From positions 1,648 through 65,647 of the forward strand of contig JAQBRI010000011.1 in NCBI GenBank assembly GCA_028286585.1: a stretch of 64,000 bases of DNA. Reading direction: 5' to 3'. Under the pieces are notes generated by a model. It did not search any database, had not been told where the DNA came from, and worked only from the letters and a program-made list of their open reading frames with translations. Below are positions 1 to 9,258 of this stretch, piece after piece; the stretch's first letter is position 1, and each line of letters opens with the position of its first letter. This DNA is from Candidatus Kaiserbacteria bacterium. Lineage in GTDB: Bacteria; Patescibacteriota; Minisyncoccia; Phycocordibacterales; UBA2100. Both the position numbers and the translations under genes were made by a program.

Positions 1-637
1 CTCTACACTTTCTGCAATTGAAGGCTTGCTGAAACCGCAATCTGGTTCAGTGGTCGTGGCAGGTTTTGATATTAATCGAGAGGCACTGGATGCGCGTGCA
101 AATTTAGGCGTACAATTGCAATCAACCAGCTTTCAGAAAGATTTAAAAGTACGTGAAATCATTGTCCTCTACGCCGGACTCTACGGCGTTTATCTTACGG
201 ATGATGAGGTACAAAAAATACTCATCGGTATCCAATTGCAATCGGAAGCAAACAAACGTGCGTCGCAACTTTCTGGTGGCCAACAGCAACGGTTGGCACT
301 CTCAGTTTCGACACTCCACAATCCTCCTCTGGTACTACTGGACGAACCTACTACAGGTCTTGACCCCCAATCTCGTCGCCAATTATGGGACAGAATAGTG
401 GCAATGCGAGATTTAGGGAGAAGTGTACTTATCACTACACACTCGATGGAAGAAGCTCATGCAATTTGTAGTCGTGTTGCAATTATCGACCACGGACACA
501 TTATTGAAACCGGTAATCCAGATGAGCTTATTGAAAAATATAAAAATGACACCTTGGTACGAGCCGCAATGCGTCTACCAGAGGTAACACTTGAAGATGT
601 ATTTATTGGACTCACCGGTCGCGAAGTGCGACATTAA
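1..637 (+). CDS. ABC transporter ATP-binding subunit (5'-truncated by window edge)
   Basis: LSGGQ signature, Walker B LLDEPTTGLD and H-loop TTH are present. The frame is open to the window start and Walker A lies outside the window. Confidence 0.9.
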   Translation, partial: STLSAIEGLLKPQSGSVVVAGFDINREALDARANLGVQLQSTSFQKDLKVREIIVLYAGLYGVYLTDDEVQKILIGIQLQSEANKRASQLSGGQQQRLALSVSTLHNPPLVLLDEPTTGLDPQSRRQLWDRIVAMRDLGRSVLITTHSMEEAHAICSRVAIIDHGHIIETGNPDELIEKYKNDTLVRAAMRLPEVTLEDVFIGLTGREVRH

Positions 638-642
638 TCTAT

Positions 643-1419
643 ATGCAAACTTCTACACAAGAAACATTTATCAAAAAAATCCCTTCTCCAATTGAGGCTT
701 TTAAAATATTGTTGCGCGCTGACTTTACTGTGCAGTTACGGCAGCGACGTTCGCTCCTAATGAGTCTTATTACGCCGATTATCTTTCTTCTCGCGTGGAA
801 GAGTCTTATTCCTGAGATTGGCGCGGCATCCGTACTTTCTATCTGCGTAGCAATCGGTCTTCCTGGCACCGGTCTGATGGGATATTCGAATACATTAGCA
901 AATGACAGGGAACGCGGCATCTTTCAACGTTTACGCGCATCTCCGATACCAACATGGGTCATAATGCTAAGTCGTATTATCGTACAGCTCTCGGTGCTTA
1001 TACTTATGGCGCTTGTCACGTGCGGTGTAGCGTACTTTGCCGACGGAATCACTTTTGGCTTTGGTAACCTTTTGCTTATTCTTGTCGCCTCTGCAATTGG
1101 AGGCCTCGCTTTTTTGGCCTTAGGGCAAGCAATTGTTGCATTAATGCGCAGTAGCGATGCCATAAATGCGACAACTCGTTTGCTTTATATGGTCATTGCA
1201 GTGGTAGGAGGTCTGGGACAAACAGGATTATTTGGGGCAGTACTTCAAAAAATAGTAACTTACTCACCACTCGGTACCAGTAAAACAATGATTGTGGCAG
1301 CAATGAATCCTGCCAGTATTTTTACCTGGCCTGTCATGTTTGCTGTAGTTATAACTCTTGCGTACGGACTCTTTTTTGCAATCATTGGAATACGTTTCTT
1401 TAAGTGGACAGTTAATTAA
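643..1419 (+). CDS. ABC-2 type transporter permease
   Basis: About 6 TM helices and a DRERGIFQRLRASP motif; directly follows the ABC ATPase. Confidence 0.85.
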   Translation: MQTSTQETFIKKIPSPIEAFKILLRADFTVQLRQRRSLLMSLITPIIFLLAWKSLIPEIGAASVLSICVAIGLPGTGLMGYSNTLANDRERGIFQRLRASPIPTWVIMLSRIIVQLSVLILMALVTCGVAYFADGITFGFGNLLLILVASAIGGLAFLALGQAIVALMRSSDAINATTRLLYMVIAVVGGLGQTGLFGAVLQKIVTYSPLGTSKTMIVAAMNPASIFTWPVMFAVVITLAYGLFFAIIGIRFFKWTVN

Positions 1420-1499
1420 AGGTAGTAATTAATTCCAACCAATAATAATTAATGAGATCTAACTCAAATTCTCCCAAACAGAAGTGATATAATCTCTTT

Positions 1500-1976
1500 A
1501 TGGCGCATTTAAATTATTCTGTCGATTTGTGTGCAGATGCATATATTGTCAATGGTAGTGCAGTGCTTTTACGTCTTCATGAAAAATATAACTTTTGGAT
1601 AGCTCCAGGCGGTCATGTAGACCCTGGTGAAGATATTAATCAAGCAGTACTCAGAGAGATTTGGGAAGAAGTTGGACTGAAAGTGGAACTTGTAGGACCG
1701 AACACCTGGCAAAAGCAGGATTTTGATATTAATAAGGATCTGGTGCCTCCAATTTTTGTGAATAGACATGCAATAAATGAGCACCATGATCACTCTTCAT
1801 TTATTTTTGTTGCAAAGTCTGATACTCGAGAAATAAAACCCCAAGAGGAGGCGAGTAAATATACTGAATGTGTTTGGGTAACAAAAGTGGAATTGGATGC
1901 AATGTTTAATAATGATTCTCGGTTGCGGCAAGATGTATATCGATATGCCTCTGCCGCTCTTGATCTGGTTAAATAA
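1500..1976 (+). CDS. NUDIX hydrolase
   Basis: Complete Nudix box GGHVDPGEDINQAVLREIWEEVG. Confidence 0.9.
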   Translation: MAHLNYSVDLCADAYIVNGSAVLLRLHEKYNFWIAPGGHVDPGEDINQAVLREIWEEVGLKVELVGPNTWQKQDFDINKDLVPPIFVNRHAINEHHDHSSFIFVAKSDTREIKPQEEASKYTECVWVTKVELDAMFNNDSRLRQDVYRYASAALDLVK

Positions 1977-1985
1977 AAACGCCCT

Positions 1986-2342
1986 ATGAAAAAAGAAAAT
2001 CTTTATGCGACGAGTTTTTCAAAAGTGTATCCGTACTATATTGTAAAGGCCGAGAGAAAAGGCCGTACAAAGGCAGAGGTCGATGAAATCATTCGATGGC
2101 TAACGGGATATACTCAGAAAGGATTAGAAACGCAACTGAAAAGACAAACTGATTTTAAAACTTTTTACGGCAAAGCTCCCAAAATGAATTCTGCACGTTC
2201 TCTAATCACAGGAATGATTTGCGGAATAAGAATAGAAGAAATAGAAGATCCACTTATGCGGGAAATTCGTTATTTGGATAAGCTGATAGCTGATTTAGCA
2301 AAGGGTTGGCCGATGGAAAAGATTAAGCGACAGACAAAATAA
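1986..2342 (+). CDS. DUF2200 family protein
   Basis: Matches the family pattern [32 protein letters not shown]...EIRYLDKL. Confidence 0.85.
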   Translation: MKKENLYATSFSKVYPYYIVKAERKGRTKAEVDEIIRWLTGYTQKGLETQLKRQTDFKTFYGKAPKMNSARSLITGMICGIRIEEIEDPLMREIRYLDKLIADLAKGWPMEKIKRQTK

Positions 2343-2363
2343 AAACCCCATGTTTCCATGGGG
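2341..2363 (-). terminator. Intrinsic terminator
   Basis: CCCCATG-GAAA-CATGGGG hairpin followed by T5 on the - strand. Confidence 0.7.
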
Positions 2364-2387
2364 CTGCCTCCAAAGAGGACTTATTGT

Positions 2388-2789
2388 TCAGCAGTCGGCG
2401 TAAGCAATTGGTCCGGCCTGCATCTGGATTTGGAGACGGATAAGAGTCCCTTCATCCCTGGGCTTGGGTGTACCGATTTGGCCTCCGCAGCAGTTCAAGA
2501 ACGTGAGCTGCTTGCCGTGGCAAACATGTCTTTCGACGAGCGGACGTACGGCATCGGACGCATGGATGCGGATAAGCTGCTTGCCGAGTTTCGAGTTGGG
2601 GTTTTCTGTCCACAAAACCACACCCTGCTGCTTGTCGGCCTCGTGGGCACGATCATGCAAGTAGGCGATTGCCTCGGGACAATCCCGACGAACCGCCTCA
2701 ATGAGTACGCTTTCGGCGTCTTTCGACGAAAGTGCTTGGAGAGACAGGCCGCGTTCTGCGGCGATTGCTACGACTGACGGAAAGGACAT
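2388..2789 (-). CDS. Hypothetical protein, Cys/His-containing, GC-richer than neighbours
   Basis: 133-aa ORF from ATG 2789, with an SD-like AAGGTGG upstream and a terminator downstream. The antisense ORF 2358-2777 is less plausible. Confidence 0.55.
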   Translation of the reverse strand: MSFPSVVAIAAERGLSLQALSSKDAESVLIEAVRRDCPEAIAYLHDRAHEADKQQGVVLWTENPNSKLGKQLIRIHASDAVRPLVERHVCHGKQLTFLNCCGGQIGTPKPRDEGTLIRLQIQMQAGPIAYADC

Positions 2790-2825
2790 AATCCACCTTG
2801 TAGGTTGAATACTGGCGATCTTGCC

Positions 2826-2861
2826 AGCGTGCCCTCCGGCATATATTTCGGAGGGCACGCT
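2826..2861. repeat. Perfect 13-bp GC-rich inverted repeat (no U-tract)
   Basis: AGCGTGCCCTCCG-N10-CGGAGGGCACGCT. Confidence 0.85.
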
Positions 2862-2868
2862 AACAACA

Positions 2869-3543
2869 TCAATATGTATGAGCAAGTATCATTTCTGTCG
2901 CGAGTAGCGTATCAATTTCTATACCTGCGTTTTTATTATTAACTATAATGTGAGGCACTTTCGCAATTTCAAGCTCACGTTTTATTTGCTCGGCCACACG
3001 TTTACTATTGATAGTTGGCTCTTGCACAATGACTGCCAAGTCCACACCCGAAAGAATACCGGTTGCAACAGGATCTGTGCCTGCACGTTCATCAATAACT
3101 ACTGCTTCATCTTGATTGAGAGTAAGAAGCGGCAAATACACCTTAAGCGGAGCAGCAAGTGAGTGACTACAGGATTCTTGCGAACGGACTCTGTCTGTAT
3201 GCGGGCCTGCTGTTATAAGACGCAATCCATTTTCCAGTTCAGCTGATACACTGGCTGTAAACGCGTCGAGTGGGGACAGGGTAAAGATAACTTTGCGATC
3301 TTGAGCCACTTGCAGAGCAGCATCGTATGTTCCAGCGCGTGTAGACCCGACATACTCTTTAATGCGATCGGGGTCGGCCCCAAGAAACAAAGAAGGTTCT
3401 GCTTCCAAGTTATACGAAAGATCCATATTATGATCTGCATCTATAGCGAGTACTTTCATGCCGCGTGCGCGTAGTTGTCGCACAAGAGCTGTTGCCATAG
3501 TTGATTTGCCCGACCCTCCTTTTCCAAGAAATGCTATTTTCAT
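2869..3543 (-). CDS. CooC/MinD-like P-loop ATPase (putative metallochaperone)
   Basis: Deviant Walker A GKGGSGKST, LAIDAD, DxxAG and EPT..S motifs. It has SCSH where CooC has CxC. Confidence 0.75.
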   Translation of the reverse strand: MKIAFLGKGGSGKSTMATALVRQLRARGMKVLAIDADHNMDLSYNLEAEPSLFLGADPDRIKEYVGSTRAGTYDAALQVAQDRKVIFTLSPLDAFTASVSAELENGLRLITAGPHTDRVRSQESCSHSLAAPLKVYLPLLTLNQDEAVVIDERAGTDPVATGILSGVDLAVIVQEPTINSKRVAEQIKRELEIAKVPHIIVNNKNAGIEIDTLLATEMILAHTY

Positions 3544-3637
3544 ATTGCGTTGTTTTATAAATTTTTTTGATGATAAAGTGAATGCATTCAGGAGTCAGCC
3601 CACAGGGGTCGATGCCTGCGGGCTTGCTTCTAATTAC

Positions 3638-3658
3638 AAACGCAATTGTGTTGCATTT
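3638..3658. promoter_or_regulatory. Putative Fur-family (Zur-like) operator 1
   Basis: AAACGCAA-TTGTG-TTGCATTT palindrome in the divergent region next to the Fur-family gene. Confidence 0.55.
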
Positions 3659-3681
3659 ACAATGTAGCACTCTGGAATACT

Positions 3682-3702
3682 AGTTGCAATCTTGTTGCGT
3701 TT
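3682..3702. promoter_or_regulatory. Putative Fur-family (Zur-like) operator 2
   Basis: AGTTGCAA-TCTTG-TTGCGTTT has the same GCAA-N5-TTGC core and lies just upstream of the regulator's putative -10. Confidence 0.55.
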
Positions 3703-3721
3703 ATGATATCGTGGTGTAGTA

Positions 3722-4147
3722 ATGACTAAAACAGCGCCTAACTTTGAGGAAATATTGCGTGAGGGTGGCTATAAGGCCACCCCAGGGCGCGTCCTTTTGC
3801 TTAAGACTCTCTTTGGAGAGGAAAAGCCAGTGACCGTTTCCTACTTGGAGAAAAAGCTTAAAAGCGCAATTGATAAAGTAACGCTCTATCGCGCACTTGA
3901 TTCGATGGTAGTCTCAGGAGTAGTACGTGAGGTGGATTTTCGCCACGGTCATGCACACTATGAACTTCAAATATTGCGCAAACATCACCATCATATTGTC
4001 TGCACTAACTGCGCACTTGTTGAGGATGTTGATTGCAATACCGAGCCATTTGTAAAACAGGTAGAAAAAAAATCCAAAAAATTTGATTTGATCAGCGATC
4101 ACTCTACGGAATTTTTTGGTCTATGCAAAAATTGCACTAAAGTTTAG
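3722..4147 (+). CDS. Fur-family transcriptional regulator (Zur-like)
   Basis: TxYRxL helix, HHHHIVCTNC and C-terminal GLCKNC motifs. Confidence 0.9.
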   Translation: MTKTAPNFEEILREGGYKATPGRVLLLKTLFGEEKPVTVSYLEKKLKSAIDKVTLYRALDSMVVSGVVREVDFRHGHAHYELQILRKHHHHIVCTNCALVEDVDCNTEPFVKQVEKKSKKFDLISDHSTEFFGLCKNCTKV

Positions 4148-5274
4148 TGATGATGAGAGTGTTCCCGTATCGGATCTTTTTCTGAAAGCAAATATGATGC
4201 AATTAAAGTAGTGATTGGAACTGCAAGTATGAGTCCTATACTACCAATAAGAATACGGACTATTTCTGTCGAGAATAATTCTCCATTGATGATAGCGCCT
4301 AAATTTGCACTTGGAGAATACGTTTCCTTTAGAAGGAGCAGAAGTGGTAGCGCAACGCCCACATACGCTATCGCGAGAGTGTTTACCAAAGCACCTATAT
4401 GTTCTCGTCCGATGCGGATTGCCCGTTTATATATTTCGAGACGAGTCATGTGCCTTCCTGCATGAAAAAGCTCTTCGACCGCAATTGCTTGTCCGATGGC
4501 AATATCGTAGAGCACCCCCAAAAGACCTATCATAATACCGCCAAACAAAAGTCCAATCATGCTGATGTTTCCGTGAGTATTGAAATTAAGATATATGTTT
4601 TCCTCGGTCGTGTATCCACTGAAGTGCCCGATATGCACGACGTAATAAGCTCCGAGGCCAGTAATAATAACAGTGATAAGCATGCCAATGGCTGCTGCGC
4701 TTGTTGTCTTATTAAAACCATGTGTGATGTACGAACCTGCAATAATAATCAGTGAAGAAACTCCAATACTTACCAAAATAGGCGAGTAACCGCTCAATAT
4801 GCCAGGCAGGAGCACATAGAATATTAGAATCAAACTACCTATCAAACTTGCAAGTCCTCTGATGCCTTGTATTCCACCAAAAAAGAAAAGCAGCAACAGA
4901 AAAACCAGACCAAGTCCTATGAGTACATTAAGGCGGTATGCATCTGAAACGGTCCAATACTCCGCACCGCCGAGCGAATTACTTTGGTGACGAATATAAA
5001 AAATATCACCAACACTTAATTGGGTAAAATCATTTTCAAAGGTAACTACCTGCCCTTTATCCGGCCCTTCGAGCACTTTTGCTTTGAGTGTCTGTACTTT
5101 GGTGGATACATCGGTGCCCGCAACAATCGTATCGTGCTGATTGGTCATTTCCAAGACCTGCGCTTTTTCTATATTCACCGCATCGGGTACAGCCTCGGCT
5201 TGAGCATATACAAATACAGGTAGAAAGAATGGAACTATCAGTGCAAAGACGAAGGAAACCCTGGTTAATTTCAT
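4144..5274 (-). CDS. YibE/F family membrane protein with His-rich tail
   Basis: GLLGVLYD, GREHIGALVNTLAIAYVG and EIVRILIGSIGLILAVPITT motifs; ends in EHSHHH. Confidence 0.85.
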   Translation of the reverse strand: MKLTRVSFVFALIVPFFLPVFVYAQAEAVPDAVNIEKAQVLEMTNQHDTIVAGTDVSTKVQTLKAKVLEGPDKGQVVTFENDFTQLSVGDIFYIRHQSNSLGGAEYWTVSDAYRLNVLIGLGLVFLLLLFFFGGIQGIRGLASLIGSLILIFYVLLPGILSGYSPILVSIGVSSLIIIAGSYITHGFNKTTSAAAIGMLITVIITGLGAYYVVHIGHFSGYTTEENIYLNFNTHGNISMIGLLFGGIMIGLLGVLYDIAIGQAIAVEELFHAGRHMTRLEIYKRAIRIGREHIGALVNTLAIAYVGVALPLLLLLKETYSPSANLGAIINGELFSTEIVRILIGSIGLILAVPITTLIASYLLSEKDPIREHSHHH

Positions 5275-5341
5275 TATTCCTAATTATACGCTTATTCTCC
5301 AATTGTAACGAGCTTCATAGAAATTGAGATATAATAAAAGT

Positions 5342-5947
5342 ATGAGAAAAATAATCACAACTACGTTTGTAACTTTAGACGGTGTTATGCAGGCGCCTGG
5401 CGGTTCGCAAGAAGATACATCGGGCGGTTTTATATATGGAGGATGGCAGATATCTTTTCCCTCGGATAAAATGTTTGAGTCCAAGATGATGGAATTTATG
5501 CATATTCCATTCGAACTTCTTCTCGGTAAAAAAACTTACGATATCTTTGCATCATTTTGGCCACACGCTACTACAGATCTTGATGTAGCAAATCCATTTA
5601 ATAAAACAAAGAAATATGTTGTCTCGCACAATTCTTTCGAACCTTCGTGGGACAATTCGGTCTGCATTACTGGTGATGTAGTTGCGCAAATACGAAAAAT
5701 AAAAGAAGAGGATGGTCCTGATTTGTGGGTATATGGAAGCGGAAATCTTATTCAAACGTTGCTCAAAGAACACTTAATAGATCGCATGCATCTATGGATA
5801 CACCCCATCACAATTGGTACTGGCAAACAACTTTTTGCAGAAGGCGCGCAACCTCAAAATTTTAAACTTGTTGATTCGCAAATTGGCGCAACAGGCATTA
5901 TCTTTGCCACCTACGAACCTGCTGGACCACTGAAAACAGTTCAATAA
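5342..5947 (+). CDS. Dihydrofolate reductase/RibD C-terminal family protein
   Basis: TLDGVMQAPGG..ED, LLLGKKTY and GSGNLIQTL motifs. Confidence 0.9.
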   Translation: MRKIITTTFVTLDGVMQAPGGSQEDTSGGFIYGGWQISFPSDKMFESKMMEFMHIPFELLLGKKTYDIFASFWPHATTDLDVANPFNKTKKYVVSHNSFEPSWDNSVCITGDVVAQIRKIKEEDGPDLWVYGSGNLIQTLLKEHLIDRMHLWIHPITIGTGKQLFAEGAQPQNFKLVDSQIGATGIIFATYEPAGPLKTVQ

Positions 5948-5986
5948 ATTTCTTGTGAAAATAATGAACATTAGTGCAATCTAAAC

Positions 5987-6622
5987 ATGTCTATTGAACC
6001 TTTATTCCTCTGGTGCGGAGTTTTAGCAGGATCGTTATTTATTATCGTTTTTCTCATCGAGGGAATGTTGCGTACCGGGTATCAACCGTTACGCCAACCT
6101 GTGAGCGCTCTTGCAATGGGGTCACGTGGTTGGGTGCAACGAATAAATTTTATTATTACTGGCGCACTCATGCTGCCTTTCTCTATTGGGTTGTCAGTAT
6201 CACTTCGAGCATATGGAGGATCCTTCTGGGCACCAGTGCTTGTTGGAATATATGCACTGGGTCTTATCGGTGCCGGCGTTTTCGTCACCGATATAACTGG
6301 AATGCCAAAAACTAACCCAGGGATGCCAAAGCGTGCCGTGTCGGGAGTATTGCACGACATATGTTCGCTTTTTGTTTTTATACCGCTTTTTTTAGCTTTT
6401 TTTGTTTTTCAGCAGTTATTTGTGGAAGCAGGAATGTACGGTTGGGCAATCTATTCTGCAACATCCGGTCTTTTATTTGGACTCGGTTTTCTGCTTTTTG
6501 CAAGAAGTTTTGCAACCGAGGGCGCACTTGCACCGGTTGGGGGGCTGATTCAACGCATTACAATCGCGACCGGATGGTTATGGCTCTCGCTTGTAGCAGC
6601 ACATTTGGTAGGTGTTATTTAG
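5987..6622 (+). CDS. DUF998 family membrane protein
   Basis: GYxPLRQPVSAL, GAGVFVTD and GLIQRI motifs; multiple TM helices. Confidence 0.75.
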   Translation: MSIEPLFLWCGVLAGSLFIIVFLIEGMLRTGYQPLRQPVSALAMGSRGWVQRINFIITGALMLPFSIGLSVSLRAYGGSFWAPVLVGIYALGLIGAGVFVTDITGMPKTNPGMPKRAVSGVLHDICSLFVFIPLFLAFFVFQQLFVEAGMYGWAIYSATSGLLFGLGFLLFARSFATEGALAPVGGLIQRITIATGWLWLSLVAAHLVGVI

Positions 6623-6770
6623 TTTTTTATTTCAAGGTTACTTTTGGAGTAACTATTATAATTTAATCACAAAAAAAACGATGTGAGTTTTGCGTTGCCG
6701 GATAGTAACCTATTATTCCGAAGAGAAACAAAGTATGTAATATGGTTATATGATAAAATGTATATAAGAT

Positions 6771-7818
6771 ATGGAACAGAGAACAATACCCCACACAAAT
6801 ATACAGGTTTCTAAAATTTGCTTAGGCTCCATGAATTGGGGTCAGCAGAATACCGAGACTCAGGCGCATGAGCAACTCGACTATGCAACAAGCAATGACA
6901 TTAATTTTATAGACACCGCAGAGGTGTATCCAATTCCACCGACAGCAGAACTGCAGGGTACAACCGAGCGTTTTATTGGTACATGGCTAAAAAAGCGCGG
7001 TAAGCGTGACGATTTGGTTATAGCAACCAAAATCGGAAGCCACTTTCAGTCCTCTTACATTGCGACACGTGATGCGCGCAATGGTCTGACACGAGAAAAC
7101 ATTTTGCAGGCAATCGACGGTTCACTTGAGCGTTTGCAAACAGACTACGTCGACCTGTATCAGGTGCATGTGCCAGACCGTACTGCAAATTATTTTGGCA
7201 TACGCGGCTTTGAGCAGCTCAAGGAAGAAGATGTACCATCAATTGAAGAAACACTCAGCGGCCTCGCTGAAATCGTACAAAGCGGTAAGGTTCGCCATAT
7301 TGGTATTTCAAACGAGACGCCGTGGGGCACAATGGAATATTTGCGCATCTCAAAAAAAAAAGGGATATCCACGTATTGTGACTATTCAAAACCAATACAG
7401 CCTGACCAATCGTACATTTGAAATCGGACTTTCAGAGATCTGTCTTCGCGAGGGGATTGGCCTCTTACCTTATTCACCAATTGGAGGCGGCGCACTTTCA
7501 GGAAAATACCTTGGTGGTGCAATGCCGGCAGGCGCGAGACATACCCTGTGGGAACGAAATCGCGAGCGCTATAATGGCGCTCACGTGCAAGCTGCGATTG
7601 AAGCGTATGTTGATCTGGCTCGCAAACATGAACTTGATCCAGTACAAATGGCACTTGCCTTTGTAAATGACCGGGCGTTTGTTACATCCACTATCATTGG
7701 CTGTACGAGTATGGAGCAGCTCAAGACCGACATTGCCTCGGCAGATATTACACTTTCTGAAGATGTACTGTCCGGCATAGCTGAAATATATAAACGCATC
7801 CCAGACCCGCATGCATAA
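6771..7818 (+). pseudogene. Aldo/keto reductase (Tas-like), split by a frameshift in an A10 tract at 7352-7361
   Basis: The N-half has DTAEVY, IATK and DYVDLYQVH; the C-half has IQNQYSL, YSPIGGG and IIG. Removing one A gives a continuous ...ISKKKGYPRIVTIQNQYSL. Confidence 0.75.
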
Positions 7819-8267
7819 TGGTTGTTATGCAGAAACAATATATTTCAGCAATTCTTCTTATAGTCTATAGTGCAATCCTGATCAAGGTAATGGTATTTAA
7901 AGAGATACCAACTATTCATATAGGCCATTTGATGTTTAATTTTGGAGGAGCGGAAGCGATTCACCCAGCCAATTTTATACCGTTCAAAACTATTTTACCG
8001 TATTTTTTCGGCGAGAACGGCTTGATTATTGCAGGTATTAATCTTGTTGGAAACATTGTAATACTTATACCATTTGGATTTCTTGCCACGGTTGTCTATC
8101 CAAAAATGACTTGGAAAAAATCTCTTATTCTTGCAGTAGCGACCGGTCTCGCTATAGAAATAATGCAGGCGTTGTTTCGTGTGGGAATATTTGATATTGA
8201 CGATGTAATCCTGAATGCGCTTGGCGTTATGATAGGTTTTTGGTTATTTAGAATGTATAAAAAATAA
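7818..8267 (+). CDS. VanZ family protein
   Basis: NFIPFKTI, GNIVILIPFG, IEIMQ and FDIDDVILNALG motifs. Confidence 0.85.
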   Translation: MVVMQKQYISAILLIVYSAILIKVMVFKEIPTIHIGHLMFNFGGAEAIHPANFIPFKTILPYFFGENGLIIAGINLVGNIVILIPFGFLATVVYPKMTWKKSLILAVATGLAIEIMQALFRVGIFDIDDVILNALGVMIGFWLFRMYKK

Positions 8268-8347
8268 TATTGTGCTACTTCTTGTCTAGCTGCAGAGATC
8301 TTCGAAATGCGTTATACTAAAGATATTACTTATCACATATAAATCTT

Positions 8348-8695
8348 ATGAATAAATTCTTTGTATTACTTTGTGTCCCAGCTGCATCTATTGAAGAATG
8401 GATGAAAAACGTCGACGAAACGACTCGCAAACAACAGACCGACGAAATGATGAAGTCTTGGCAAGAATGGACGACCAAGCACGAAGCCGCTATCGTTGAT
8501 AAAGGCACGTCAGTTGGCAAAACCAAGCGAGTAACATCCTCAGGTGCTACTGACGCACGCAACGAGGTAAACTGGTATCTCGTAGTCGAGGCAGAATCGC
8601 ACGAGGCTGCAGTTGAGATGTTTATCGGACATCCTCACCTAGTGATTCCTGCTGCTTACATCGACATAAGTAGTACCAAACACCCAGAAATGTAA
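8348..8695 (+). CDS. YCII-related protein
   Basis: W..W...IVDKG..VG, VVEAESHEAA and HPHL motifs. Confidence 0.6.
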   Translation: MNKFFVLLCVPAASIEEWMKNVDETTRKQQTDEMMKSWQEWTTKHEAAIVDKGTSVGKTKRVTSSGATDARNEVNWYLVVEAESHEAAVEMFIGHPHLVIPAAYIDISSTKHPEM

Positions 8696-8722
8696 ATAGG
8701 CAGTAGTTTCTTAATATTCTGT

Positions 8723-8751
8723 AAAAGTGGCTGTCAGGGACAGCCACTTTT
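8723..8751. terminator. Intrinsic terminator
   Basis: AAAAGTGGCTGTC-AGG-GACAGCCACTTTT. Confidence 0.8.
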
Positions 8752-8771
8752 ATTTTGTTATACTGTAAGTT

Positions 8772-9245
8772 ATGAAAAAACCTTGGATCCTTGTCTTTGC
8801 ACTTGTCGTTATAATTATATGTATTGTATTTGTGTGGATGAGATATTCTACTAAATCTGGACTCAACCCCGCAGTGCTGCCGTTATATTCTGGCGTTTCG
8901 TGGAGTGTTCCGCAGGCAAAAGTATTTAGTAATATACCAGTCTATGAAGTCGCTTCGGTATCAGTCTCAAACATAACAAATCTGAGTGAAAAATCTCTCC
9001 CATTTACAAAATATTATGATGAAAAACTTTTGGGAACAGGTTGGACCCGTGATCTTTCCCGTGAGGCAGGAGGTCCGGGGTCAGGTGTTTCCTTTTATAC
9101 AAAAGGAAAAGACTTCGTCATTATTGCGTATCAGTCAACATTTCATGTGACCCACACTGATGCACCGTCAGAATGTCCTTGTGACCTGCAATTTCTAATC
9201 ACAACCGGTTCAAATGTGGGCACTACTTCAACAACTACTCAGTAA
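8772..9245 (+). CDS. Membrane-anchored hypothetical protein
   Basis: N-terminal TM helix and a C-terminal ECPC motif. Confidence 0.7.
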   Translation: MKKPWILVFALVVIIICIVFVWMRYSTKSGLNPAVLPLYSGVSWSVPQAKVFSNIPVYEVASVSVSNITNLSEKSLPFTKYYDEKLLGTGWTRDLSREAGGPGSGVSFYTKGKDFVIIAYQSTFHVTHTDAPSECPCDLQFLITTGSNVGTTSTTTQ

Positions 9246-9258
9246 TTTTTAAACTGTT

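Noticed and set aside
2360-2395. Cys-UGA end with a small downstream hairpin as a possible selenocysteine readthrough
   Set aside because: The readthrough would run into the terminator, the hairpin is tiny, and there are no sel genes in the window.
3428-3670. Cys-rich upstream ORF (MLHCKC...) as a metal-sensing leader peptide
   Set aside because: It has a GTG start with no initiation signal, runs through the operator palindrome and overlaps the ATPase out of frame.
7352-7364. Programmed -1 ribosomal frameshift at A_AAA_AAG
   Set aside because: The downstream half is in the +1 frame, so a -1 shift would not restore the protein.
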